Part shown: piece after piece, positions 24,410-33,440 of the stretch
How the letters are laid out: the number at the start of each line of letters is the position of its first letter
How positions within the stretch are numbered: the stretch's first letter is position 1
Source: a virus
Lineage: Duplodnaviria > Caudoviricetes
Length of the DNA: 33,440 nt
Reading direction: 5' to 3' (one strand)
IMG/VR virus record: IMGVR_UViG_3300005611_000114
Coordinates: 1-33,440 of that record
Program-made: the position numbers and the translations under genes
The notes under the pieces: generated by a model
What the model saw: only the letters and a program-made list of their open reading frames with translations
What the model was told of the DNA's origin: nothing
The model's database searches: none

Positions 24410-26886
24410 TGGCAATAGAAAAAGAAATTAATCCAACGGTTTTAAACGAAGATAATCAAGTGCCGCTTGGTCAAGAAAACATGAAAGTTGCTATTGAAGC
24501 AATTATGGAATCAGGAACCGAAGGTTTTGAAATGCAAGAAGATGGTAGCGCTATTTTAGGCGAAACCATGACCGAAGAAGTAGAAACAGGCTTTGACGAA
24601 AACTTAGCTGAAATCTTAGACGATCAACAACTAGCAAATATATCAAATGAGTTAATGGCTGGTATTGAGAAAGATAAAGCCTCAAGAGAAGATTGGGAAA
24701 AAACTTATACTGATGGATTGAAATATTTAGGCATGAAGTTTGATGCTGAAAGATCTGAACCTTTTGCAGGTGCATCTGGTGTAATACATCCATTATTAGG
24801 TGAAGCTGTAACAACCTTCCAAGCTCAAGCTTACAAAGAACTTTTGCCGTCAGGTGGTCCAGTTAAAACTCAAGTAATAGGAGCTTATGATTCTTTAATA
24901 GAAGAACAGGCACAAAGAGTTAAAGAATTTATGAACTATCAAATTACTCATGTAATGGAAGAGTTCGATCAAGAATTAGACCAACTATTATTTTATTTAC
25001 CACTAGCAGGGTCTGCATTTAAGAAAGTTTATTATGATGAAAGTTTAGGTAGAGCTGTATCTAAGTTTATTGCGCCTGAAGATTTAATTGTTCCTTACTA
25101 CACAACCGATTTAGAAACCTGTCCTAGAATTACTAATGTTGTAAAAATATCAGAAAACGAAGTTAGAAAATTACAAGCAGTAGGTTTTTATAGAAAGATA
25201 GATTTAGAAAGTGGTAATAACGCAGAAAACTATTCTGGTGTTAAAGAAGAAATAGACAAGCTTTCTGGAATGGAACCATCTTACGATGATGGAGAGGTAT
25301 CTGTTTTATACGAAGTTCATTGTAATTTAGATATTGACGGTTACGAAGACGTTGACGAAGAAGGCGAAATGACTGGAATTAAACTTCCTTATATCGTTAC
25401 CATAGATGCTAATTCAAATGAAATCTTATCGGTTAGAAGAAACTACAAAGAAGATGATGAACTGAAAAACAAAATAGAATACTTTGTACATTTTAAATTC
25501 TTACCTGGTTTAGGTTTTTACGGATTTGGTTTAACTCACATGATTGGTGGTTTATCTAAAGCATCTACCTCAATCATGAGACAGTTAATTGATGCAGGAA
25601 CTTTAGCAAACTTACCTGCTGGTTTTAAAACTAGAGGTATTAGAATTAGAGATGAAGATACTCCTATACAACCAGGAGAGTTTAGAGATGTTGATGCGCC
25701 TGGAGGATCTCTTAGAGATTCAATACAACCGTTACCTTTTAAAGAACCAAGTGCCACACTTCTTAGTTTATTAAACATTCTAGTAAACTCAGGTCAAAAA
25801 TTTGCATCTATTGCAGAAATCAATACAGGGCAAGGTAATCCAAATGCTCCTGTAGGAACTACATTAGCTTTGTTAGAAAGATCTACCAAAGTATTATCGG
25901 CTATCCATAAAAGGCTACATAATTCTCAAAAGAAAGAATTTAAAATATTAGCTAATGTATTTAAAGAATACTTACCGCAAGAATATCCATATGCAGTAGC
26001 AAATAATGAAACAACAATTAAGTTATCTGACTTTGATCAAAGGGTAGACATCTTCCCTATATCCAACCCAGATATATTTAGTCAGTCACAAAGAATTGCT
26101 ATGGCGCAAGAAATGATGCAGCTAGTACAATCTAACCCACAAGTTCATGGGCCTAACGGTACTTACGAAGCTTATAAAAGAATGTATGCAGCGATTGGTG
26201 TAGATAACGTAGAACAAATACTTACACCACCACCTCCGACAGATCCACTTCCTATTGAAGCTGGTTTTGAAAATAATCAATTGTTATTAGGTCAGCAAGC
26301 TCAAGCATTCCCACAACAAAATCATGATGCACATATTGCTATTCATATGTCTTTGTTAAATACACCACCTGTTCAAATGAACGCTCAAGTTCAAGCTTTA
26401 ATACATTCTCATATCATGCAACATTTGCAAATGAAGGCAGATATATTGGGTGAACAACAAATGCCACCAGAGGTTATGCAACAGTTCCAGCAGTTACAAC
26501 AACAGGCTCAACAAGCATCACCAGAAGAAGCACAAAACTTATCTATTCAAGCAGGCGACATACTGGCGCAATTCTCAGCCCCAATACTTGCTGAGTTGTT
26601 GGTAGAGTACAATCAAAAAGTTTCATCTCCTCAAGATGAAGATCCATTAGTTGCAATTAGAAAACAAGAACTTGCTCTAAAAGGTCAAGAGTTATCTATA
26701 GAACAGCAACAATTTTTAGCAGCTGAACAAAGAAAAATGCAAGAAGCGCAACAAAGAATAAATGTTGATAGAGAAAGAATTAATGCGCAAGAAGATATAG
26801 CAGAGCTTAGAGATGAAACTGCTAGAGCAAGATTAGAACAACAAGCTAGATTTAAATTGTTAGATGCCAGAAACAAAAACAGTTAA
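24409..26886 (+). CDS. portal protein
   Basis: Follows terL; LAGSAFKKVYYD, PGLGFYGFGL, RQLIDAGTLANLP motifs; Gln-rich coiled C-terminus as in P22-like portals. Confidence 0.85.
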   Translation: MAIEKEINPTVLNEDNQVPLGQENMKVAIEAIMESGTEGFEMQEDGSAILGETMTEEVETGFDENLAEILDDQQLANISNELMAGIEKDKASREDWEKTYTDGLKYLGMKFDAERSEPFAGASGVIHPLLGEAVTTFQAQAYKELLPSGGPVKTQVIGAYDSLIEEQAQRVKEFMNYQITHVMEEFDQELDQLLFYLPLAGSAFKKVYYDESLGRAVSKFIAPEDLIVPYYTTDLETCPRITNVVKISENEVRKLQAVGFYRKIDLESGNNAENYSGVKEEIDKLSGMEPSYDDGEVSVLYEVHCNLDIDGYEDVDEEGEMTGIKLPYIVTIDANSNEILSVRRNYKEDDELKNKIEYFVHFKFLPGLGFYGFGLTHMIGGLSKASTSIMRQLIDAGTLANLPAGFKTRGIRIRDEDTPIQPGEFRDVDAPGGSLRDSIQPLPFKEPSATLLSLLNILVNSGQKFASIAEINTGQGNPNAPVGTTLALLERSTKVLSAIHKRLHNSQKKEFKILANVFKEYLPQEYPYAVANNETTIKLSDFDQRVDIFPISNPDIFSQSQRIAMAQEMMQLVQSNPQVHGPNGTYEAYKRMYAAIGVDNVEQILTPPPPTDPLPIEAGFENNQLLLGQQAQAFPQQNHDAHIAIHMSLLNTPPVQMNAQVQALIHSHIMQHLQMKADILGEQQMPPEVMQQFQQLQQQAQQASPEEAQNLSIQAGDILAQFSAPILAELLVEYNQKVSSPQDEDPLVAIRKQELALKGQELSIEQQQFLAAEQRKMQEAQQRINVDRERINAQEDIAELRDETARARLEQQARFKLLDARNKNS

Positions 26887-27016
26887 AGGTTGGTATTGGG
26901 ATGACGTTAATAAACGCATGTACCGATGGCATGACTTGATGTTATTACTTAAAGAAAGAGAGTTAAAAAAACAAAATGCCAAAAAGCTGGACGAAAGAAA
27001 AAATTACTCGTATTAA
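26864..27016 (+). CDS. 50-aa microprotein (MPETKTVKGWYWDDVNKRMYRWHDLMLLLKER...), paralog of 1368..1532
   Basis: Translated by hand; strong paralog match. Confidence 0.7.
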   Translation: MPETKTVKGWYWDDVNKRMYRWHDLMLLLKERELKKQNAKKLDERKNYSY

Positions 27017-27110
27017 GAAAAAAACATCTATCGGCAATAGTCGTTTAAGTGATGGCGCTGGAACTAATAAAAATCAACGGCGAAAAAAATATAGAGGGCA
27101 AGGTAAATAA
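26976..27110 (+). CDS. 44-aa basic microprotein ending KKYRGQGK, paralog of 9634..9768
   Basis: Translated by hand: MPKSWTKEKITRIKKKTSIGNSRLSDGAGTNKNQRRKKYRGQGK. Confidence 0.75.
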   Translation: MPKSWTKEKITRIKKKTSIGNSRLSDGAGTNKNQRRKKYRGQGK

Positions 27111-27114
27111 AAAC

Positions 27115-27143
27115 TTGCAAATAATTTATTTAACCAAGATAAT
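27115..27143 (+). promoter_or_regulatory. promoter for the head-assembly operon (probably leaderless)
   Basis: TTGCAA-17-GATAAT, 7 nt before ATG 27151, no SD. Confidence 0.5.
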
Positions 27144-27150
27144 AAACAAC

Positions 27151-27357
27151 ATGATAAAAAGAACTGAGATATCACAACAAAAAACTCCAACTGTAACCAA
27201 GAATAAAGCTAGGTACAGTAATAAAGGTCTTGCTCCTTTAAAAACAGATGCAGGAACTTTTGATGCCAATACAACACCTAAACCTGGAATGGGAAAAGGT
27301 AAAGCTAGAGGTATGGGCGCTGCCGAATATGGTGGCAAGTTTTCTGGCATTTATTAA
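27151..27357 (+). CDS. small basic protein (ARGMGAAEYGGKF motif)
   Basis: Start re-assigned to ATG 27151. Confidence 0.65.
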   Translation: MIKRTEISQQKTPTVTKNKARYSNKGLAPLKTDAGTFDANTTPKPGMGKGKARGMGAAEYGGKFSGIY

Positions 27358-27564
27358 GTGTCAGTAGTTTGGATAAGCCAAAAGTTTTTAAAAGAACTTG
27401 AGGCTCAAAAAGAAGGTGTGAAGGATGTTATTTTAGCTGGGGCTAAAGACTTTGCACAATATCAGTATCTGTGTGGACGTTACAGCTCTCTCGTTGACGC
27501 AGAAAATTCATTTAGGGAGCTGCTGGGAAAAATACAAGAAGATGCCGAAGATACACGTACCTGA
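27358..27564 (+). CDS. hypothetical protein upstream of GroES
   Basis: GTG start; GAKDFAQYQYLCG motif. Confidence 0.6.
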   Translation: MSVVWISQKFLKELEAQKEGVKDVILAGAKDFAQYQYLCGRYSSLVDAENSFRELLGKIQEDAEDTRT

Positions 27565-28045
27565 CCATGTTGCTAAAGCAATAGAACAAGAAACCAAAAC
27601 CAAAAACGAAGCTAAGAAGAAAGAAAAAGAAACTTCTCCTACCGAGGGATCAATTCCTTATGTAGAGCAAAGTGCAAGAGTTTTAGATCCTACTCTTTTA
27701 GATAAATCAATTTTAGAAAGAATGCCTCAACCGACTGGATGGAGAATACTTATTCTTCCATACAAAGGTAAGGCAGTAACAGAAGGTGGAATCCACTTAG
27801 TACAATCAACAGTTGACAGAGAATCTCTAGCAACGGTTGTAGGGTATGTTGTTAAAATGGGTCCTGATTGCTACAAAGACTCTAGCAAGTTTGCTGAGGC
27901 TTGGTGTCAGGAAAAACAATGGGTGTTAATAGGAAGATATGCTGGCGCTCGCTTTAAGTTAGGTGATGAATCTGAATGTAGAATCATTAATGATGACGAA
28001 GTGATAGCTACCATTTTAGATCCTAATGACATCCTTGCAGTATAA
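27542..28045 (+). CDS. groES: GroES/Cpn10-like co-chaperonin
   Basis: PTGWRILILP, TEGGIHL mobile loop, VVKMGPDCY, GRYAG, IINDDEVIA; start re-assigned to ATG 27542. Confidence 0.85.
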   Translation: MPKIHVPDHVAKAIEQETKTKNEAKKKEKETSPTEGSIPYVEQSARVLDPTLLDKSILERMPQPTGWRILILPYKGKAVTEGGIHLVQSTVDRESLATVVGYVVKMGPDCYKDSSKFAEAWCQEKQWVLIGRYAGARFKLGDESECRIINDDEVIATILDPNDILAV

Positions 28046-28054
28046 GGAGCAAAT

Positions 28055-28999
28055 ATGTCAGAAGAAGCAAAAAAAGAAGAAATGTTTGATGAAGGTGAGA
28101 TTGTTGAAGTAGATTTACCAGAAGAAAAACCTAGCGGTAAAATTGCAGATCTAGCGCCAAAAGAAGAAAATGATGAAGAGGCTGAAAAAGCTATTGAAGA
28201 TGTGTCTGAAGAGCCAAAAGAAAAGGCAGAAGATGAATTAGAAGACTATTCTGAAAAAGTCCAAAAACGAATTAGTAAGCTTACTAGAAAATTAAGAGAA
28301 GCTGAAAGAGGCCAAGAATCTGCTTATGAGTATGCAAAAAGAATTGCAGAAGAAAATCAACATCTCAAAACTAGATCTTCAAGCTTAGATAAATCTTATC
28401 TACGAGAAGCAGAAAGTAGGCTAAAATCTCAAAAAGCACAAGCTTTAGCGGCCTTAAAAAATGCGCATGAAGTTGCAGATTATGAAAAGGTTGCCAAAGC
28501 TCAAGAAGTTTTAGCAAAAATAGCAGTAGAAGAAAACAAAGTAACTACTTCAAAAGCTCAACTAGAATATCAACAAAATGTTCAAGCAGAGCAACAAACC
28601 AACTATCAAAATTATGTTCAACAACCTCAACAAAACGCTGTTCCTCAGCTAGGAGAAAGAGAGCGGGCTTGGGTTGAAAAGAACGAATGGTTTGGTCAAG
28701 ATGAAGTAATGACCATGGGTGCTATGGCAATCAACAATCAGTTAGAGGCTGAAGGCTTTGACGTTGGTTCAGAAGAGTACTATACTGAGGTCGATAGGAG
28801 AATTCGTAAAGAGTTCCCGCAGAAGTTTACAGAATCTTCTGTTAAATCTAAGCCTCAACAAAAGGTGGCTTCAGCTGGAAGAGTTGCTGGTAATCCAGGC
28901 TCTAACAAAAGACAAGTAAAATTGTCTCCATCTGAAGTTCAAATGGCTAAAAGATTAAACGTACCGTTAAGCGAGTACGCTAAATATGTTAAAAGGTAA
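28055..28999 (+). CDS. putative capsid scaffolding protein
   Basis: Acidic N-terminus, long coiled coil, C-terminal LSPSEVQMAKRLNVPLSEYAK; upstream of capsid genes. Confidence 0.7.
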   Translation: MSEEAKKEEMFDEGEIVEVDLPEEKPSGKIADLAPKEENDEEAEKAIEDVSEEPKEKAEDELEDYSEKVQKRISKLTRKLREAERGQESAYEYAKRIAEENQHLKTRSSSLDKSYLREAESRLKSQKAQALAALKNAHEVADYEKVAKAQEVLAKIAVEENKVTTSKAQLEYQQNVQAEQQTNYQNYVQQPQQNAVPQLGERERAWVEKNEWFGQDEVMTMGAMAINNQLEAEGFDVGSEEYYTEVDRRIRKEFPQKFTESSVKSKPQQKVASAGRVAGNPGSNKRQVKLSPSEVQMAKRLNVPLSEYAKYVKR

Positions 29000-29003
29000 A
29001 ACT

Positions 29004-29477
29004 ATGACAGAAGATAAAAAAAATTTAAACAGAACACCACGTTCTGCCGACACTCGAGCTAAAAAAGTTGCTCGCAAACCCTGGAGTCCACCATCAATGT
29101 TGGATACTCCTCCCGCACCTGAAGGTTATACCTACAGGTGGATCAGAGCTGAAATCGCAGGTAGCGAAGACAGAAAAAATGTAACTTCAAGGATGAGAGA
29201 AGGTTTCGATCTTGTCAGAGCCGAAGAGTTAGATGGATTTGAGCTTCCTACTTTAGATGACGGTAAACATGCGGGAGTAGTTTCAGTTGGCGGTTTGCTG
29301 CTGGCTAAGATTCCTAACGAAACGCGCGAAGAAAGAAACTCCTACTTTGCAAATCGTGCGCACACTCAGCAAGATGCTGTAGATAACGATTTATTAAGAG
29401 AATCTGACCCAAGCTCTCCGATGTTAAAACCAGAGAGATCAAGCAAAGTAACTTTTGGAGGTGGTCAACGTAGTTGA
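29004..29477 (+). CDS. conserved head-module protein
   Basis: WSPPSMLDTPPAPEGYTYRWIR motif; start re-assigned to ATG 29004. Confidence 0.7.
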   Translation: MTEDKKNLNRTPRSADTRAKKVARKPWSPPSMLDTPPAPEGYTYRWIRAEIAGSEDRKNVTSRMREGFDLVRAEELDGFELPTLDDGKHAGVVSVGGLLLAKIPNETREERNSYFANRAHTQQDAVDNDLLRESDPSSPMLKPERSSKVTFGGGQRS

Positions 29478-29518
29478 TCATCATTTTTTTTAATTTTAAA
29501 TAATATAGGTGACTTATT

Positions 29519-30079
29519 ATGTCTAACAAAAATGCACCCTTTGGAGCAAGAGTAGTAGGTAAATTAGGTTCTGGTGTTGCTAACGGCGGCACAACAGAAT
29601 ATAAAATTGCTTCTGGCGCTTCTGGGAATATTTTTTCAGGCGATTTAGTTAAGATGCTTAATACTGGTACTATTTTAGTAGCAGGAGCTGGTGATGAATC
29701 AGTAGGCGTCTTTAGGGGTTGTCAGTATACTGATAGCAGCGGAGACGTTGTTTTTAGTTCTTACTACCCTGATGGAACTGTATCGTCCGATATTGTAGCG
29801 TTTGTGGTAGATGATCCTAATGCTGTATTTGAAATTCAGAGCGCAGGTTCTCCAGCGCAGACTGATGTTGGCTTAAATGCAGATATTTCTTATACTTCTG
29901 GCTCAACCAAAACTGGTATGTCAGCGGTAGAATTATCTGGAACAACAGCCGCAACAACTGCGACTTTCAGAATTATGGGCTTTAGCTCTGATCCAGATAA
30001 CAGTACTACAGGTTCAGCTAACGTGAATGTTATAGTTAAGTTTAATGAGCATTTCTATGTCGATCCTACAGGAGTTTAA
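29519..30079 (+). CDS. putative capsid decoration/minor head protein
   Basis: Gly/Ser/Thr-rich beta protein immediately upstream of the MCP. Confidence 0.6.
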   Translation: MSNKNAPFGARVVGKLGSGVANGGTTEYKIASGASGNIFSGDLVKMLNTGTILVAGAGDESVGVFRGCQYTDSSGDVVFSSYYPDGTVSSDIVAFVVDDPNAVFEIQSAGSPAQTDVGLNADISYTSGSTKTGMSAVELSGTTAATTATFRIMGFSSDPDNSTTGSANVNVIVKFNEHFYVDPTGV

Positions 30080-30081
30080 TA

Positions 30082-30984
30082 ATGGCAATAAATAGAGCGC
30101 AATTAGCGAAAGAATTAGAGCCTGGCCTAAATGCCTTATTCGGTATGGAGTATGCTAGGTATGAAGCAGAACATACAGAAATCTTTGATACAGAGAGTTC
30201 TGATAGAGCGTTTGAAGAAGAAACTTTAATCGTTGGGTTTGGTAATGCTGAAGTAAAAGCTGAAGGAAGCGGAGTCAGATTTGACAATGCTAACGAAGGT
30301 TATACTTCTCGTTATACTCACGAAACAGTTGCTTTAGCATTCGCGCTAACAGAAGAAGCTGTTGAAGATAATTTGTATGATCGTCTTGGTGCTAGATACA
30401 CAAAAGCATTAGCTAGATCTATGGCTAATACTAAACAAATCAAAGCTGCGGCTGTATTGAACAATGCGTTCTCTACTGCTGGTGGTGATGGTGTATCATT
30501 AATCAATACTGCTCACCCTCTAGGGGGCGGCGGTACTTTAGCAAATAGAGCAACCACTATGGCGGATCTTAATGAAACTTCACTTGAAGATGCATTAATT
30601 AATATCTCTACATTTACAGATGATAAAGGTCTTAATATTGCACTAAGAGGAATGAAGTTAATTGTTCCACCTCAGTTGCAGTTTGTTGCTGACAGATTAT
30701 TACAAACTCCTGGGCGAGTTGGTACTTCTGACAACGACATTAACTCAATCAGAAATCAAGGTATGATTCCTGATGGCTATGTTGTAAATCATTATCTAAC
30801 AGATACAGATGCTTTCTTCTTGAAAACAGACTGTCCTGATGGATTTAAGTATTTTGAAAGATCTCCAATGCAAACTGCATTAGAAGGTGATTTCGATACT
30901 GGAAACATGAGATACAAAGCTAGAGAAAGATATTCATTCGGATATTCTAACTTCAGAGCCGTTTACGGTTCTCAAGGAGCTTAA
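30082..30984 (+). CDS. major capsid protein
   Basis: MAINRAQLAKELEPGLNALFG start, LIVPPQLQF, DFDTGNMRYKARERYSFG; followed by a terminator. Confidence 0.85.
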   Translation: MAINRAQLAKELEPGLNALFGMEYARYEAEHTEIFDTESSDRAFEEETLIVGFGNAEVKAEGSGVRFDNANEGYTSRYTHETVALAFALTEEAVEDNLYDRLGARYTKALARSMANTKQIKAAAVLNNAFSTAGGDGVSLINTAHPLGGGGTLANRATTMADLNETSLEDALINISTFTDDKGLNIALRGMKLIVPPQLQFVADRLLQTPGRVGTSDNDINSIRNQGMIPDGYVVNHYLTDTDAFFLKTDCPDGFKYFERSPMQTALEGDFDTGNMRYKARERYSFGYSNFRAVYGSQGA

Positions 30985-31027
30985 TTGAACGATTGATTGT
31001 AGCGTTTTTTACTCAACTACAATTATT

Positions 31028-31052
31028 GGGGGCTTAACGGCCCCCTTTTTTT
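31028..31052 (+). terminator. intrinsic terminator after the MCP gene
   Basis: GGGGGC-TTAACG-GCCCCC followed by T7. Confidence 0.85.
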
Positions 31053-31060
31053 CCTCTAAA

Positions 31061-31089
31061 TTTACAATTCGTATAAAAATATGTAAAAT
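31061..31089 (+). promoter_or_regulatory. sigma70-like promoter (leaderless)
   Basis: TTTACA-17-TAAAAT, 6 nt before ATG 31096. Confidence 0.6.
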
Positions 31090-31095
31090 TAAGGC

Positions 31096-31512
31096 ATGAA
31101 CATTCTTAGTGATGTTGTATCCTTATCTCAAAACCCATGTACGGGCGTTTGTTCAACTACGTATGGAGCAGACGAACAATGTGCTGGGTGTGGTAGAACT
31201 TTAGAAGAAATTAGAGATTGGAATAGCTATTCTGATTTACAAAAAAAACTAATAAATATAGACCTAGCGGTTAAATATGACATACGGCAAAAAAAGGAGT
31301 ACAACAACATGTCAATAAATTCAAAAATTCAAGATATAAACGGTAGATTAATTACAGCTCAAGCATTAATAGAAATGGTAGGAGCAGATATGTTAGATCA
31401 TTTTGGTAAAGACCCTATTATTAAAGAAACCTATGAATCATTAGTAGAAGCAAGAAATAAAGTATTAGAAGCAAAAAATTCACTTCCTATTGCTTTAGAA
31501 GATGCCTCATAG
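31096..31512 (+). CDS. DUF1289-like Cys-rich (putative Fe-S/Zn) protein with C-terminal extension
   Basis: PCTGVC...CAGCGRTLEEIRDW motif. Confidence 0.7.
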   Translation: MNILSDVVSLSQNPCTGVCSTTYGADEQCAGCGRTLEEIRDWNSYSDLQKKLINIDLAVKYDIRQKKEYNNMSINSKIQDINGRLITAQALIEMVGADMLDHFGKDPIIKETYESLVEARNKVLEAKNSLPIALEDAS

Positions 31513-31604
31513 TAAGATTTAAAAATCTAGGGTGTTTAACTTGTTCTACCGACTGACCTAGCAGACAAAGCAAGACAGTAGAACTTATTTCCTAGGAGGA
31601 AATT
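31490..31604 (+). promoter_or_regulatory. promoter plus structured 5' leader
   Basis: TTGCTT-17-TAAGAT; GTTCTAC/GTAGAAC stem; CTAGG can pair with either of two CCTAG, one overlapping the SD. Confidence 0.5.
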
Positions 31605-32147
31605 ATGGCTAATTCAACTTTTTCAGGTCCAGTAAGATCGCAAAACGGATTTCAATCTGTTTCAAAAAATGAAACTACAGGAGCAATTACTGTAGAGGCA
31701 ACTTACGACACAAGACCTAACTTCAGAGTAACTGTAGATGATTCAACACTTAATACTGGAGCGGCTGTTACAACTACTTTAACTAAAGATCAGTCTGGAA
31801 GTATTTTTAATATTGATGGTACTGATGATATCGTAGTTAATATGCCAGCTTTAAGTACAGATAATGTTGGTATTACTTATGACTTTTTTGTAACTACAGC
31901 AGTTGCTGCTGGAAAAACAGTAACATTTGTTTTGCCTGGTGCTGGAGTTTCAAACTTTTTTGGAGCTTTATCTCTTATGGGCGGTGCTGCTGCTAACGCA
32001 GCTTCAGATGTTGCAGGTGATACTTTAACTTTACCAGCTACAACCGCTGTAAATGGAAGAGTAAAACTAACTTGTGTTTCTGACGATGGTACTAACTCTA
32101 CTTGGAAAGCAGAAACTCTTTCAACACCAATAGCAACTATTGCTTAA
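31605..32147 (+). CDS. putative virion structural protein
   Basis: MANSTFSGPVRS start, Thr/Ala/Gly-rich beta protein; AGGAGG RBS. Confidence 0.65.
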   Translation: MANSTFSGPVRSQNGFQSVSKNETTGAITVEATYDTRPNFRVTVDDSTLNTGAAVTTTLTKDQSGSIFNIDGTDDIVVNMPALSTDNVGITYDFFVTTAVAAGKTVTFVLPGAGVSNFFGALSLMGGAAANAASDVAGDTLTLPATTAVNGRVKLTCVSDDGTNSTWKAETLSTPIATIA

Positions 32148-32159
32148 TAGGAGCTAAGT

Positions 32160-32459
32160 ATGGCAGGTAGAATCGTAGGTTCTGATGTAAAAACAGCCAC
32201 CAGTGTTAGCGCCGCTACAGGCGGCGCTGTATTACAAGCTGGCCGTTCAAGATTAAGAGGCTACATTATTGCAGGAGGGGCTTCTGACGGTACCGTAACA
32301 TTTAGAAACGGTTCTGTTTCAGGTCCTACTCTTTTAATTGCTCCTTGCAACGCTAATGATACTGAAACTTTAAACATTCCAGATTCAGGTGTTTTATTTG
32401 AGGATGGTATTCACGTTGTATTAAGTAATATAGATAGAGTAACTGTTTTTCATTCTTAG
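32160..32459 (+). CDS. putative virion structural protein
   Basis: AGGAG RBS; IPDSGVLFEDG motif. Confidence 0.65.
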   Translation: MAGRIVGSDVKTATSVSAATGGAVLQAGRSRLRGYIIAGGASDGTVTFRNGSVSGPTLLIAPCNANDTETLNIPDSGVLFEDGIHVVLSNIDRVTVFHS

Positions 32460-32461
32460 AC

Positions 32462-33202
32462 GTGGCTAAAGAATATTCGTCAATATCAAGAGTAGGAACA
32501 ACTGAGCCTTTTGAGCTTCAAATCTCAAGGGGTCAGATTTCTTGGCACACTCCTTTATTCAAATTTGGATCTAATTCAGCTATATCAAATACTGAAGAAA
32601 CAGTATGGGATGCTGGAGGACTTTATTCTTATCCTGCTTCTGCTTTAGCTATGACAGTTACATCTGCTGGAGGAGCTACAGATGAAGATGTAAAGGTATT
32701 AGTTTCTGGACTTGATACTAATTATTTAGAAGTATCTCAAGAAGTTACTCTTAATTCTTCAGGCGTAGCAACAACTACTCAAACATTTAGAAGAGTATTT
32801 AGAGCTTACGTAAGTGGCGATCAAGCCCCTACGGGAAATATTACTATCGCAAACGGTGGAACAACTTACGCCCAAATAAATTTGGGTGAAAACCAAACTC
32901 TTATGGCTGTTTATACAGTTCCAGCTGGTAAAACTCTTTACGTGGTAAGGGGTTCTATTTCAAGCGGAACAGAAAACGCCAACAAATATTTAACAGGTAG
33001 ATTATTAGCTAGATTCTTCGGCGGAGTTTTTAGAACTCAAGCTAAAGTAACTATAGCAGACGGATATATTGATTTTGATTGGGAGTTACCTTTGCAAATT
33101 CCTGAAAAAACAGATATTGAGGCAAGAGCTATTGCTTCTTCAGCTTCTACTATGGCAGTAGCTGCAACATTTGAAGGTATATTAATAGATAACGCAGAAT
33201 AA
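32462..33202 (+). CDS. putative virion structural protein
   Basis: GTG start; FKFG...EETVWD, YTVPAGKT, IPEKTDIE motifs. Confidence 0.65.
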   Translation: MAKEYSSISRVGTTEPFELQISRGQISWHTPLFKFGSNSAISNTEETVWDAGGLYSYPASALAMTVTSAGGATDEDVKVLVSGLDTNYLEVSQEVTLNSSGVATTTQTFRRVFRAYVSGDQAPTGNITIANGGTTYAQINLGENQTLMAVYTVPAGKTLYVVRGSISSGTENANKYLTGRLLARFFGGVFRTQAKVTIADGYIDFDWELPLQIPEKTDIEARAIASSASTMAVAATFEGILIDNAE

Positions 33203-33204
33203 TA

Positions 33205-33440
33205 ATGGCTGAAAGAAAAAGAGCAAAGCCAATACCAAAAACAACAAAAGGCAAAGGCGCTAACTATAGACCTACTAAATCTGGCGCTGGTATGACCAAA
33301 AAAGGTGTAGCTGCTTATCGTAAAGCTAATCCAGGTTCTAAACTTAAAACAGCAGTAACAGGAAAGGTTAAAAAAGGAAGTGCAGCAGCTAAAAGACGTA
33401 AGTCTTATTGCGCTAGATCACTTGGGCAACTTAAAAGAAG
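33205..33440 (+). CDS. basic hypothetical protein (KRRKSYCAR motif, DUF6321-like), 3'-truncated
   Basis: Translated by hand; open to the window end. Confidence 0.65.
   Translation, partial: MAERKRAKPIPKTTKGKGANYRPTKSGAGMTKKGVAAYRKANPGSKLKTAVTGKVKKGSAAAKRRKSYCARSLGQLKR

Noticed and set aside
27049-27150. N-terminal extension of ORF 27049..27357
   Set aside because: It overlaps the KKYRGQGK microprotein and a promoter; ATG 27151 is the better start
1-33440. tRNA genes, integrase/att site, reverse transcriptase/DGR, alternative genetic code
   Set aside because: No cloverleaf, recombinase or RT motifs seen; long ORFs are intact under the standard code and all three stop codons are used

Overview
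AT-rich tailed-phage (Caudoviricetes) genome segment. Its gene content resembles marine podovirus-like phages; this is an inference and the host cannot be identified from the sequence. Layout: (i) the 3' end of a large putative virion protein (<1-995); (ii) a mostly leftward replication/recombination module (resolvase-like nuclease, primase-polymerase, Cro-like HTH, Sak4-like ATPase, DUF669 SSB, exonuclease, SF2 helicase; 1-10.3 kb); (iii) small genes, a structured intergenic RNA candidate, an iteron-like repeat cluster and terS (10.4-12.7 kb); (iv) a divergent accessory/early island (12.7-17.7 kb); (v) a rightward morphogenesis module (Met/Pro/Gln-rich proteins, a 1127-aa modular protein, terL, portal, GroES, scaffold, major capsid and further virion genes). 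The most unusual structure is in the island. Six polar non-coding units (TCGGG cluster, then ACACA tract, often CCAGGAG) alternate with small cassettes whose sigma70-like promoters carry a fixed-position TGTAWMCA box, and TCGGG also saturates the end of terS. Other notable signals are an apparent -1 frameshift at an A10 run (19028-19037), two unannotated microproteins each present in two paralogous copies, a C-terminal outer-membrane-like beta-barrel and GG-delimited modules in the 1127-aa protein, and two structured RNA candidates. I saw no tRNA, CRISPR array, integrase or DNA polymerase gene. All family assignments come from motif recognition by eye, not database searches.
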